In this document: positions 50,031 through 59,725 of the stretch, one piece after another
Position numbering within the stretch: the stretch's first letter is position 1
Layout of the letters: each line of letters begins with the position of its first letter
Assembly: GCA_963804645.1 (NCBI GenBank)
Contig: CAWDRG010000013.1
Coordinates: forward strand, 1-64,000
Reading direction: 5' to 3'
From: an uncultured Bacillota bacterium
GTDB taxonomy: Bacteria > Sysuimicrobiota > Sysuimicrobiia > Sysuimicrobiales > Segetimicrobiaceae
DNA length: 64,000 nucleotides
Notes under the pieces: model-generated
Told to the model about the DNA's origin: nothing
Seen by the model: the letters and a program-made list of their open reading frames with translations, nothing else
Database searches by the model: none
Program-made: the position numbers and the translations under genes

Positions 50031-50771
50031 ATGAGGACTCCATTGACGGGCAAAGTGGCTCTCGTAACGGGCGGGGGCACGGGCATCGGCCGGGCCTGCT
50101 CGCTCGCGCTCGCCGGCGCCGGCGCCGCGGTGGCCGTGAACTACAGCCGCTCGCGCGAGGACGCCGAGCGGACCGCCGACCAGATTCGGACGCAGGGCGG
50201 CAAGGCGATCGCGGTCCAGGCCGACGTCTCGAAGGCGGCGGAGGACGACGCCATGGTGGCCCGCGTCGTCCGCGAGTGGGGACGGCTGGATGTGCTCGTC
50301 AACAACGCCGCGACGACGAAGTTCGTGGACCACAAGAACCTCGACGGGCTCAGCGAGGAGGACTGGGATCGGCTGTTCGCGGTGAACGTCAAAGGGGTGT
50401 TCTTCGTCACCCGCGCCGCGGCCCGCGCGATGACGGACGGCCGCGTGATCAACATCGGATCGGTCGCCGGCCTGAACGGCACCGGGAGCTCGATCGCGTA
50501 CGCGGCGACCAAAGCCGCGGTCCACGTGATGACCAAGTCGCTCGCGCGCGCGCTCGCGCCCCGGATCACGGTCAACACGGTCGCCCCCGGCCTGATCGAG
50601 ACCCGGTGGCACGCGGGCCACGAGGCCGCCAACGCGGCCCGCGCGCAGGCGATGCTGGTGAAGCGGATCGGCCAGCCCGAGGACATCGCGCACATGGTGC
50701 TCAGCCTCGCGACCGCGGACAACTTTCTCACCGGGCAGGTCATCTTCATTGATGGAGGCGCCACGCTGTAG
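50031..50771 (+). CDS. SDR oxidoreductase
   Basis: TGGGTGIG, NNA, YAATK. Confidence 0.9.
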   Translation: MRTPLTGKVALVTGGGTGIGRACSLALAGAGAAVAVNYSRSREDAERTADQIRTQGGKAIAVQADVSKAAEDDAMVARVVREWGRLDVLVNNAATTKFVDHKNLDGLSEEDWDRLFAVNVKGVFFVTRAAARAMTDGRVINIGSVAGLNGTGSSIAYAATKAAVHVMTKSLARALAPRITVNTVAPGLIETRWHAGHEAANAARAQAMLVKRIGQPEDIAHMVLSLATADNFLTGQVIFIDGGATL

Positions 50772-51033
50772 CGGCGCGGGCGCCGGGTGTCCGACACCCC
50801 AACGGTTCGGCGACAGCCCTAAAGAATAGGCAATTTCTCGCACCACAGCCCTTTCGGCGAGCCGTTTGTCGCAGGGGTCCTGTGGGTTTTTGACCGAACG
50901 CGGGTCGGCCCCCCATAATTTTTTCTTCGCAGCAGGATTTTGGGGGGAGATAACTGAATAGTACTAAGGCATTTCAGTCACCAAAGCCTGGCGCCCAGCG
51001 GATGACCCGAGACGGGTGTCGAAGGGAAGGCCG

Positions 51034-51387
51034 ATGCGGATTCCCACCCACCCGACCCTCATCCGGCGGCAATTGGACGCCCGCGTGCAGCAGTTGGCGG
51101 CGCAGGGGCCGGTGCTGGCGGCCAGTTTAGTGAAGATCGCGCGCCGCTGCGGGCGGCCGGGCTGCCACTGTACGCAGGGCGCGCTGCACGTGGGCCATTA
51201 CCTGTCGTACAAAGTGGCGGGCAAGACGCGGATGGTGTACGTGCCGGTCGACCTCGTCGAGGAGGTCCGGGGGTGGGTCGCGGAGCACCGCCGGTTGCGC
51301 CAATTGACGCAGGAGATCACGCAACTCACGCTGGCCCAGATCCGCGGGCACGTGACGGCGCGGAAGCGGCGGGCCGGCCGGGCCTAA
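51034..51387 (+). CDS. DUF6788-like small Cys/His protein
   Basis: RRCGRPGCHC..G..H...YL...GKT...YVP. Confidence 0.75.
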   Translation: MRIPTHPTLIRRQLDARVQQLAAQGPVLAASLVKIARRCGRPGCHCTQGALHVGHYLSYKVAGKTRMVYVPVDLVEEVRGWVAEHRRLRQLTQEITQLTLAQIRGHVTARKRRAGRA

Positions 51388-52732
51388 GCGCCCTCGGGCA
51401 GACATTCCACCACACGATCCAGCACTTCTGGCCGGCGTTGAACCAGTGGCTGGCCGCGCTGCCGGACACGCGCCATCAGCCGTTCATCGAGTACGACCCC
51501 GAGTTTCTCGCCTGGTGGGGGCTCTTGCTCTTCTGCTGTAAACTGGGCAGTCGGCGCCAGTTGGACTTTGACTTGCGCGATCCGGCGACGCAGGTGCTCC
51601 GCAATGTGAACCGGCTCGCCGGGACGCAGCACGCGACCTTGCCGGTGCACGACACGTTGGACCACTTCTTGGACCATCTGGGGAGTGCGCCGCTGGCGGC
51701 GCTGCGGACCCAGATGGTGCGCCGCCTGATTCGGATGAAGGTGTTGGATGGCGCGCGCCTGCTCGGCCGCGTCGTCGTCGCGATCGACGGGACGGGGCAT
51801 CTGCACTTTCGGCGGCGGCACTGTCCCCAGTGTTTGGTGCGGCAGCATCCCGCCTACGACGCGTATCTGCACATGGTCGAAGAGGCGAAACTCCTCGGCC
51901 CGGCGGCCTCGGGCTGTCCCTCGGGACGGCCTTTATTGAGAACGCCGATCGTCCGTCGCCGGTGGGCCGGGATCCCGCGGCGTGGAAGCAGGACTGCGAG
52001 CTGGCGGCATTCCGCCGCCTGGTGCCGGCCCTGCGGCAAGCGTATCCCCAGATGGCCTTCTGTGTGACGAGCGATGCGCTGTATGCGTGCGCGCCGGCGG
52101 TACGATTGGTCGAAGCCCAGGGGTGGAGCTATGTGTTTACCTTCAAGGCGGGGAACGCGCCGACGGCCTGGGCCGAGTTTCAGGCCGTGATGGCGTTGTG
52201 CCCGGAGAATGTCCTGCGGCTGACCCTCCCCGACGGGACGCAGCAAGTGTACCGCTGGGCGACAGGGATGTCGTCGGACGATGGGACCGGGCGCAGCGCG
52301 TATGGGTTCAACGCCCTGCGGTGCGAGGAGACGGTGAAGGCGACGACGACGACCTTCGTGTGGATGACGAACCTCCCGGTGAGCCGGGACACGGTGGTGG
52401 AGATTGCGACGAAAGGAGGGCGACGCCGCTGGACGATTGAGGCCGGGTTCAATGTGCAAAAAAACAGCGAGCTCAACCTGGAGCACGCCTACAGCACCGA
52501 TCCGGAATTGATCAAGGCCTACTACTATCTCCTCCAGATCGCGCATATGATGCTGCAACTGCTGGAGCGCGGGAGTTTGCTCCGGCGCTTGGCCCAGCGG
52601 CACGGCAAAACGCCGGTGGCCCTCTTTGGCAGTCTCAAGAACATCGCCCGCCGGCTCCTCGAGGCGCTCCGCCACCACGTCCTTCCCGACGAGCCGAGAC
52701 CGGCCATCCAAATCCGCTTCGATACATCCTAA
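51273..52732 (+). CDS. DDE transposase, frameshifted at 51897-51898
   Basis: AIDGT, SDALYA, RWTIEAGFNVQK. GG here versus GGG in copy 2. Confidence 0.82.
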
Positions 52733-53125
52733 GAGCGGTTCGCTGGCGGCTGCTCCGGCTCTCGTACTCGCTGTGCTCGCTGCTATGTTCCGCTTCTCGA
52801 AGTCATCGCTTCGAGCTCCCTCCCTATCACGCTCGTTTGACCCTTCCGCGATGCGGTCCCAGCCCTCCGGCTTGCCAGGTCCTATTCCTCATCGCTGGTT
52901 CGGCGACAGCCCTGAAGAATAAGAATTCGTCGCACCTCGCCCCCCCGCGGTAAGCGGTTAGCAGCACGCGTCCGCGACGATGCGTGTCCCCAGGCGGTTT
53001 CTCGCCAATTATTTTCTTCGCAGCAGGAATTTCAGGGGTCAATACTGAATAGTGGATCGCTTAGCAGGCATCCTCGGCGGCGCGCGGGGTGGGGGCGCGG
53101 GGCGTGGTGTCGAAGGGAATGAACC

Positions 53126-53488
53126 ATGCGCATGCGGGACCACCCGACGCTGCAGCGTCGCCAGCTCGACGCGCGGGTCAAGCAATTACAGGCCCGCGGG
53201 CCGGTGCTGGCGGCGAGCTTGGTGCAAATCGCGCGGCGCTGCGGCCGGCCGGGGTGCCACTGCGCGCAGGGGGCGCTCCACGTGGGGCACTACCTGACGC
53301 GCTCGGTCGACGGCAAGACCCAGACCACCTATGTCCCGGTCGAGCTGGTGGCTGAGGTTCGCGCATGGGTCGACGAATACCAGCGGCTGCGCCAGGTGAT
53401 CCAGGAGAGCACGGAGCTAGCGCTGGCGCGGATCCGGGGCCACGTCCGCGCCCGGAAGCAGCGGGCGGGTCGATCCACGGGACGCTGA
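53126..53488 (+). CDS. DUF6788-like small Cys/His protein
   Basis: Paralog of 51034-51387. Confidence 0.75.
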   Translation: MRMRDHPTLQRRQLDARVKQLQARGPVLAASLVQIARRCGRPGCHCAQGALHVGHYLTRSVDGKTQTTYVPVELVAEVRAWVDEYQRLRQVIQESTELALARIRGHVRARKQRAGRSTGR

Positions 53489-54822
53489 GCTCCGCCTTTC
53501 GGCGGACGGTCCAGCACTTCTGGCCGGCGCTCAATCAGTGGCTGGATGCGCTGCCGGACACCCGATATGTGCCGTTCATCGAGTACGACAAGAAGTTTCT
53601 GGCCTGGTGGGGGGTGTTGCTGTTCTGCTGCAAGCTGGGCAGCCGGCGCCAGTTGGACTTTGACTTACGCGATGCGACGACGCAGGTGCTGGGCAATGTC
53701 AATCGGCTCGCCGGCACGCAGCAAGCGACCTTGCCGGTGCACGACACGTTGGATCACTTCTTGGGGCATGTGGGGAGCGCGCCGCTGGCGGCGCTGCGGA
53801 CGCAGATGATCCGGCGGCTCCTCCGGATGAAAGTCCTGGATGCGGCGCGGTTGCTGGGGCGCGTGGTGGTCGCGATCGACGGGACCGGCCATCTCCACTT
53901 TCGCACGGAGCATTGTCCCCAGTGCTTGGTGCGGCGTCATGCGACCCACGACGTGTATCTGCACATGGTCGAAGAGGCGAAACTCCTCGGGCCCGGCGGC
54001 CTCGGGCTGTCCATGGGGACGGCGTTTATCGAGAACGCCGATCGGCCGGCGCGGGCGGGGCGCGACCTGGACTCATGGAAGCAAGACTGCGAGCTGGCCG
54101 CGTTTCGCCGCCTGGTACCGAGCCTGCGGGAGGCGTATCCCCAGACGGCCTTGTGTGTGACCAGTGACGCGCTGTATGCGTGTGCGCCGGCCGTGCGGTT
54201 GGTCGAAGCCCAGGGCTGGAGCTATGTGTTCACGTTCAAGGCGGGGAACGCGCAGACTGCTTGGACCGAGTTTCAGGCCGTGTTGGCGTTGTGCCCGGAG
54301 CACGTCCTGCGGCTGACCCTGCCGAATGGCACGCGGCAGGCGTACCGATGGGCGACGGGGATGACGGCGGAGGATGCGCACCGGCGCCCGTACCGGTTCA
54401 ACGCCTTGTTGTGCGAGGAGACGGTCAAGGACACCACGACGACGTTCGTGTGGATGACGAACCTGCCGGTGACTCGGGAGACGGTCGTGGAAATCGCGAT
54501 GAAAGGGGGGCGACGTCGCTGGACGATTGAGGCGGGATTCAATGTCCAAAAAAACAGCGAGCTGAACTTGGAGCATCCCTACAGCACCGATCCGGAGTTG
54601 ATCAAGGCCTACTACTATCTCCTGCAGATCGCACACATGATGCTGCAACTACTGGAGCGGGGGAGTCTGCTTCAGCATCTGGCCCAGCGGCACGGCAAAA
54701 CGCCGCTGGCACTGTTTGGCAGTCTCAAAAACATCGCCCGCCGGCTCCTCGAGGACCTGCGCCATCACCTGCTTCCCGAGGAGTCGAGACCCGCCATCCA
54801 AATCCGCTTCGATACCTCCTAA
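53365..54822 (+). CDS. DDE transposase (intact)
   Basis: AIDGT, SDALYA, RWTIEAGFNVQK. Confidence 0.85.
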   Translation: MGRRIPAAAPGDPGEHGASAGADPGPRPRPEAAGGSIHGTLSSAFRRTVQHFWPALNQWLDALPDTRYVPFIEYDKKFLAWWGVLLFCCKLGSRRQLDFDLRDATTQVLGNVNRLAGTQQATLPVHDTLDHFLGHVGSAPLAALRTQMIRRLLRMKVLDAARLLGRVVVAIDGTGHLHFRTEHCPQCLVRRHATHDVYLHMVEEAKLLGPGGLGLSMGTAFIENADRPARAGRDLDSWKQDCELAAFRRLVPSLREAYPQTALCVTSDALYACAPAVRLVEAQGWSYVFTFKAGNAQTAWTEFQAVLALCPEHVLRLTLPNGTRQAYRWATGMTAEDAHRRPYRFNALLCEETVKDTTTTFVWMTNLPVTRETVVEIAMKGGRRRWTIEAGFNVQKNSELNLEHPYSTDPELIKAYYYLLQIAHMMLQLLERGSLLQHLAQRHGKTPLALFGSLKNIARRLLEDLRHHLLPEESRPAIQIRFDTS

Positions 54823-54998
54823 ACACCGGGGCGCTGGTGGCTGCTCCGGCTCTCGCACTCGCTGTGCTCGCTGCGCTCTTCACCCTCTCGAAGCCGATCG
54901 CTTCGAGCCCACTCTCCATCACGCTGTTTCCGGCGTTCCCAACCCGCTCCCGGATGCCCGGCCTGCCGGGTCCTATTCCTCACCGTTGATTCGGCGAA

Positions 54999-56295
54999 GG
55001 TAGTGTACGGTGTTGTGTGTAAAAGCAGGGACCCCGAAGAGAGAGGGCGTACCCCCGACCTGACCAACCGAAAGGAGGGATACGCCCGATGGCCAGTGTA
55101 GCCGCACTGACCGATCTCACCGTAGCCGATTTGTGGAGGGAGGTCAAGGATGAAGCGACCCTGTGGGGCGATGTGTCTCGGGAGACGCTCCGCACGGTCA
55201 AGCTCTTGTTGGAGAACCGGATGCACGATGAGTTGATCAACCATCTGAATGCTGGCCGGTATACTCGGAATCCGGACCGGCAGGGGTATCGGAATGGCGT
55301 CTACCGCCGCCGCTTGGTGACGACGTGGGGCACCATTCCCGATCTCCATATCCCCCGGGCCCGCCAGAGCGGGTTCCAGCCCTCGGTGCTCGGCCGCTAC
55401 CAGCGCCGCACCAGCGACGTCAACACGCTCGTCCGTGCCGTCTTCCTCGGCGGCCTCTCGACCCGCCAGGTCGGGCCCGTCCTCGCCAAGCTCCTCGACG
55501 ATGTGGTGAGCCCCACGACCGTCTCGACGATCACCCGGGCCTTGGATCAGGCCGCGGCGGCCTTCCACCACCGGACGCTGGGCGATCACTATCAATATCT
55601 GTTCCTCGACGCCGTCAGCCTCCGGGTGAAAGGGCTCGCGGGGAGCAAGCGCCGCTTGATTCTCGTGGCCTACGGCATTCGGCCGACCGGGCAGCGGGAC
55701 CTGATCGATTTCCGGCTGGCCCGCTACGAGACCCAAGCCACCTGGGAAGCCTTTCTCACGACGCTGGCCTGCCGCGGGTTAGTGGGGAAGCAGTTGCAGC
55801 TGATTACGACGGACGGCCAGCGGGGCCTCCATGCCGCCCTCGATTTGGTCTATTCGGACGTCCCGCGCCAAGCGTGCTGGGTCCATGTCCTCCGCAACGT
55901 GGCCAATCGGCTGCGGGTCAAGGACCGGGAGGCGTGTCTGCGCATGGCGCGCCGGATCTATCAGGCGCCGACCGCCCACGCCGCGCGCCGCCTCCTGCGC
56001 CAGTGGGTCCAGGCCTGGCAGGCCACCGCCCCCGCGGCGGTCGCCTGTCTGACGCGCGAGGAGGACGCTCTGCTCAGCTTCTATGCCGTCAACGAGGCGG
56101 ACTGGCGCCGGGTGCGCACGACGAACGCGATTGAACGGGTGTTTCGCGAAGTCCGCCGGCGCACGCGCCCCATGACGTGCTTCACGAACGTGGCCAGCTG
56201 TGATCGGATTATCTATGCGATCGTTCAGGCTCTGAATGTCCGGCAGGCGAGGCGCTCTCTCTCACGGGAATTTACACAAAACACTTGACACTACC
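54999..56295 (+). mobile_element. IS256-family element with a 9-bp TSD (TTCGGCGAA)
   Basis: 25-bp IRs match at 21/25 (GGTAGTGT...TGTGTAAA). TSD at 54990-54998 and 56296-56304. Confidence 0.93.
55089..56288 (+). CDS. IS256-family transposase
   Basis: YRNG, GLSTR, YLFLDA, TTDG, CWVH, RTTNAIERVFREVRRR. Confidence 0.93.
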   Translation: MASVAALTDLTVADLWREVKDEATLWGDVSRETLRTVKLLLENRMHDELINHLNAGRYTRNPDRQGYRNGVYRRRLVTTWGTIPDLHIPRARQSGFQPSVLGRYQRRTSDVNTLVRAVFLGGLSTRQVGPVLAKLLDDVVSPTTVSTITRALDQAAAAFHHRTLGDHYQYLFLDAVSLRVKGLAGSKRRLILVAYGIRPTGQRDLIDFRLARYETQATWEAFLTTLACRGLVGKQLQLITTDGQRGLHAALDLVYSDVPRQACWVHVLRNVANRLRVKDREACLRMARRIYQAPTAHAARRLLRQWVQAWQATAPAAVACLTREEDALLSFYAVNEADWRRVRTTNAIERVFREVRRRTRPMTCFTNVASCDRIIYAIVQALNVRQARRSLSREFTQNT

Positions 56296-56300
56296 TTCGG

Positions 56301-56314
56301 CGAACATCTGTTTG
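56301..56314. promoter_or_regulatory. LexA (SOS) box, Gram-positive type
   Basis: CGAAC-ATCT-GTTTG about 65 nt upstream of lexA, overlapping the -35. Confidence 0.75.
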
Positions 56315-56341
56315 CGTTGCCACGCGTGTGTGTGTTATAAT
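56312..56341 (+). promoter_or_regulatory. sigma70-type lexA promoter
   Basis: TTGCGT-N18-TATAAT with an extended TG. Confidence 0.7.
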
Positions 56342-56378
56342 GCGGGGCGCCTGAATTCGGCCATCGGGGGGACGTATC

Positions 56379-56993
56379 GTGGGCAAAGGGCTGACGAAGC
56401 GGCAGCGGGAAATCCTCGCCTATGTGATGGACAACATGCAGGAGCGCGGATACCCGCCGTCGGTGCGTGAGATCGGGACCGCGCTCGGACTGACCAGCAG
56501 CTCCACCGTGCACAGCCATCTCGCGGCGCTTGAGAAGAAGGGCTTCATTCACCGCGACCCTAGCAAGCCGCGCGCGATCGAAATTCTGAAGGACGGCGCG
56601 AGCCAGCCCCCCAAGCGCGTCGTGCATGTGCCGGTCCTCGGCCGGATCGCCGCGGGACAGCCGATCTTCGCAGAAGAAAACATCGAGGACGTGTTTCCCC
56701 TCCCCCGCGACTTCGTGCGCGAGGACGCCGCGTTCATCCTGCGCGTTCGCGGGGACAGCATGATCGACGCCGGGATTCACGACGGGGACTACCTGGTGGT
56801 GCGCCAGCAGGCGACCGCCAACAATGGGGAGATCGTCGCCGCGATGCTCGGCGACGAAGCCACGGTGAAGCGCTACTACCGCGAGCGGGACCACATCCGG
56901 CTGCAGCCTGAGAACAGCACGATGTCGCCGATCATCGCCCGGGACGTCACCGTCCTCGGCAAGGCGATCGCACTGATCCGCCGCCTTCCCTAG
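56379..56993 (+). CDS. lexA: SOS repressor LexA
   Basis: [18 protein letters not shown] cleavage site, GDSM, ATVK. Confidence 0.97.
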   Translation: MGKGLTKRQREILAYVMDNMQERGYPPSVREIGTALGLTSSSTVHSHLAALEKKGFIHRDPSKPRAIEILKDGASQPPKRVVHVPVLGRIAAGQPIFAEENIEDVFPLPRDFVREDAAFILRVRGDSMIDAGIHDGDYLVVRQQATANNGEIVAAMLGDEATVKRYYRERDHIRLQPENSTMSPIIARDVTVLGKAIALIRRLP

Positions 56994-57023
56994 CCGCCCG
57001 ACTGAGCGTCCCCGGCGCGCCGC

Positions 57024-58394
57024 CTACGACTCGGCGGCGTCGGGATGCTTGCCGCCTACGAGATAGCGCCGGAAGCGGCCCACGGCGGTCTCGGGCAGCT
57101 CGGCGTCCACGACCAGCCCGTCCGCGCCGCCGTCCCGCTTGAGCACGCGCCCTACGGCGTAGAGCTGCGCGAGCACCGCGCCGTCCTCGTAGGGAATCGC
57201 GAGCCGCACCCGCCGCATCGGATCGGGCAGCCGCTTCGACACCGCCCGCAGCAGGTTCACGAGCCCGACCCCCCGCAGCGCCGAGACCGGGATGCCCTCC
57301 GGCTCCTCGGCCATGAGGTCCCGGACGCCGTCGCGTCCCAGGCGGTCGGTCTTGTTGAACACCACCACGGTCGGCCGCCCGTCGGCGCCGAGGTCCCGCA
57401 GAACCTGCTCGACCGCGGCGCGCTGGTCCGGCCACCGCGGGTGGCTCGCATCGATGACGTGGATCAAGACGTCGGCCTCGGTCACCTCTTCGAGGGTCGC
57501 CCGGAACGCGGCGACCAGATCGTGCGGCAACCGCTGAATGAATCCGACGGTGTCGACCAGCAGGACCGACCGGTGGTTCGGCAGCACCACGCGGCGCGTC
57601 GTCGGATCGAGCGTCGCGAACAGCTTGTCGGCCGTGAAGACGTCGGCCTCCGTCAGCGTGTTGAGCAGCGTGGATTTGCCGGCGTTGGTGTACCCGACGA
57701 GGGCGACCACCGGCAGCGCGGCGTCCTTCCGCAGCTGGCGCTGTCGGGACCGGTGGCGGCTGAGGGCCGCGATCTCGCCCTTGAGCTCGGTGATCCGCGT
57801 CCGGATGCGGCGGCGGTCCGCTTCGAGTTTCGTCTCGCCCGGGCCGCGGGTCCCGATCCCGCCGCCCAGCCGCGACAGCAGCACGCCCCGGCCGGCGAGC
57901 CGGGGCAGCCGGTACGTCATCTGCGCCAGCTCCACCTGCAGGCGGCCCTCGCGGCTCCGGGCGCGCTGCGCGAAGATGTCGAGCACGAGGGCCGTGCGGT
58001 CGAGCACCTTCGTCTCGAGCGCGCGCTCGAGGTTCCGCTGTTGGGCGGGCGACAGCTCGTGGTCGAAGATCACGGTCTCGGCGCCGGCCGACGCGGCGCG
58101 CGCCCGAATCTCCTCGACTTTGCCGGATCCAACCCACGTCGCAGGATCCGGCCGCGCACGGCGCTGCACGACCTGGTCGACCACCACCGCCCCGGCCGTC
58201 TCGGCGAGCCGGACGAGCTCTTGGAGGGTCTCGGAGCCGTCGGCGTCGAGGCGATCGGCCAGCCCCGCCAGCACCACGCGCTCCGGGCCGGTCTCCACCG
58301 TCTCAACCGTCACGGGACGCGCCGCGCGGTGCCCGTCGGCCTCCCCGTTGCTTCGGCCGAGTCGGTGCCCTTCCGGCGCCCCGGTGCTCCGCAT
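57024..58394 (-). CDS. hflX: GTPase HflX (start uncertain)
   Basis: GSGK, QRNLE, RGPGE, GYTNAGKS, DTVGF, NKTD. Confidence 0.96.
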   Translation of the reverse strand: MRSTGAPEGHRLGRSNGEADGHRAARPVTVETVETGPERVVLAGLADRLDADGSETLQELVRLAETAGAVVVDQVVQRRARPDPATWVGSGKVEEIRARAASAGAETVIFDHELSPAQQRNLERALETKVLDRTALVLDIFAQRARSREGRLQVELAQMTYRLPRLAGRGVLLSRLGGGIGTRGPGETKLEADRRRIRTRITELKGEIAALSRHRSRQRQLRKDAALPVVALVGYTNAGKSTLLNTLTEADVFTADKLFATLDPTTRRVVLPNHRSVLLVDTVGFIQRLPHDLVAAFRATLEEVTEADVLIHVIDASHPRWPDQRAAVEQVLRDLGADGRPTVVVFNKTDRLGRDGVRDLMAEEPEGIPVSALRGVGLVNLLRAVSKRLPDPMRRVRLAIPYEDGAVLAQLYAVGRVLKRDGGADGLVVDAELPETAVGRFRRYLVGGKHPDAAES

Positions 58395-58519
58395 CGCCTA
58401 CGCGGGCCCCCGACGGCCGCGGTCGTGTGCGATCGCGCGCAGACGTCCGCGCCGCGGGCGCGGGCCGCCGCGCGCATCCGGCGCCGCTCCCCGCGCTGCC
58501 GCGGGCCGTCCCGCGGAGA

Positions 58520-59725
58520 CTACCGTGCGACCCTCGATCCCACGGGGCGCTCCGCGGAGGACGCGCCGAGCGTCTCGCCGATCCGTCGAATCGCCTCGGC
58601 AAACCGCTCATCCGACGTCGTAAGCGAGATCCGAATGTAGCCCTCGCCGCGCTGCCCGTACCCGGTGCCGGGCGTCACCACGACGCCGGCGCGCTCGAGG
58701 AGATGGCTCGTAAACCCGACCGAATCGTAGCCCGCCGGCACGGGAATCCACAGGTAGAACGTCGCCTTCGGCAGCGGCGCGTCCAAGCCGGCGCGCCGCA
58801 GCCCCGCGACGACCGTGTTCCGGCGCTCCTGCCACCGGGCGACTCGCTCCCGCACCGGCGCGTCGGGCCCGTTGAGGGCGGCGACGCCCGCAGCCTGGAT
58901 CGCCACGAACTGTCCGCTGTCGATGTTGGTCTTGAGCGTGCCGAGCGCCTGAATCGCGTCGCGGTTTCCCACGGCGAAGCCCAGGCGCCATCCGGTCATG
59001 CAGTAGGTCTTGCTGAGCGAGTGGAGTTCGATCGCCACGTCCCGGGCGCCCGGTGCCTCGAGGAAGCTGGACGGCCGGTACCCGTCGTAGGCGATCTCGG
59101 AGTACGTGTTGTCGTGGACGATGAGCACATCCCACCGCTTCGCAAACTCGACCGCCTCCGCGAAAAACGCGAGCTCCGCGGTCCCGCCGGTGGGGTTGTT
59201 CGGATAGTTGAGAAACATCACCCGCGCGCGGCGCGCCACGTCGGACGGGATCGCGCCGAGATCAGGCACCCAGCCGCCCTCTCGGCTCATCGGCACCGGG
59301 TACGGCTCGCCCTCCGCCATCACCGTGGCGGTCGCGTACACCGGATAGCCGGGATCGCTCACGAGCGCCACGTCGCCCGGATTCACGAACACCCACGGGA
59401 TGTGCGCGAGCCCTTCCTTCGAACCGATCAGCGCCAGCACTTCCTTGTCCGGGTCGAGGGTGACGCCGAACCGCCTCGCGTACCAGCCCGCGACGGCCTC
59501 GCGGTACTCGCGCGTGCCCTCGTACGGCGGATACTGGTGGGTCGCCGGATCCCTGGCGGCCTTGGCCAGTGCCTCGATGATGTGATCCGGCGTCGGCAGG
59601 TCCGGATCGCCGACCGCGAGGCTGATCACGTCAACGCCCTTCGCCTTGAGCGCCGCCCGCTTCCGGTCGAGGTCGGCGAACAGGTAGGGCGGAATCCGCT
59701 GCATGCGTTGGGCGATCTGCATCAT
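58520..59725 (-). CDS. dapL: LL-diaminopimelate aminotransferase
   Basis: IPPYLFA, LIGSKEG, DPGYPVY, NYPNNPTG, SLSKTYCMTGWR. Confidence 0.88.
   Translation of the reverse strand: MMQIAQRMQRIPPYLFADLDRKRAALKAKGVDVISLAVGDPDLPTPDHIIEALAKAARDPATHQYPPYEGTREYREAVAGWYARRFGVTLDPDKEVLALIGSKEGLAHIPWVFVNPGDVALVSDPGYPVYATATVMAEGEPYPVPMSREGGWVPDLGAIPSDVARRARVMFLNYPNNPTGGTAELAFFAEAVEFAKRWDVLIVHDNTYSEIAYDGYRPSSFLEAPGARDVAIELHSLSKTYCMTGWRLGFAVGNRDAIQALGTLKTNIDSGQFVAIQAAGVAALNGPDAPVRERVARWQERRNTVVAGLRRAGLDAPLPKATFYLWIPVPAGYDSVGFTSHLLERAGVVVTPGTGYGQRGEGYIRISLTTSDERFAEAIRRIGETLGASSAERPVGSRVAR

Larger units (their letters stand above)
50814..52897 (+). mobile_element. Two-gene IS (DUF6788-like + IS4-like DDE transposase), copy 1
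   Basis: Imperfect 17-bp IRs CAGCCCTAAAGAATAGG / CCTATTCCTCATCGCTG. Flanked by GTTCGGCGA at 50805-50813 and 52898-52906. Confidence 0.85.
52907..54988 (+). mobile_element. Two-gene IS, copy 2 (diverged relative of copy 1)
   Basis: IRs CAGCCCTGAAGAATAAG / CCTATTCCTCACCGTTG, followed by ATTCGGCGA at 54989-54997. Confidence 0.85.

Noticed and set aside
56285..56290. Outward TTGACA in the IS256 end forming a hybrid lexA promoter
   Set aside because: No -10 hexamer at 16-18 nt spacing. The TATAAT is 45 nt away.
50805..56304. Recurring TTCGGCGA as a CRISPR or integron-type repeat array
   Set aside because: The units between repeats are 1.3-2.1 kb IS elements with IRs, so the repeats are target duplications. 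No cas or integrase gene is present.
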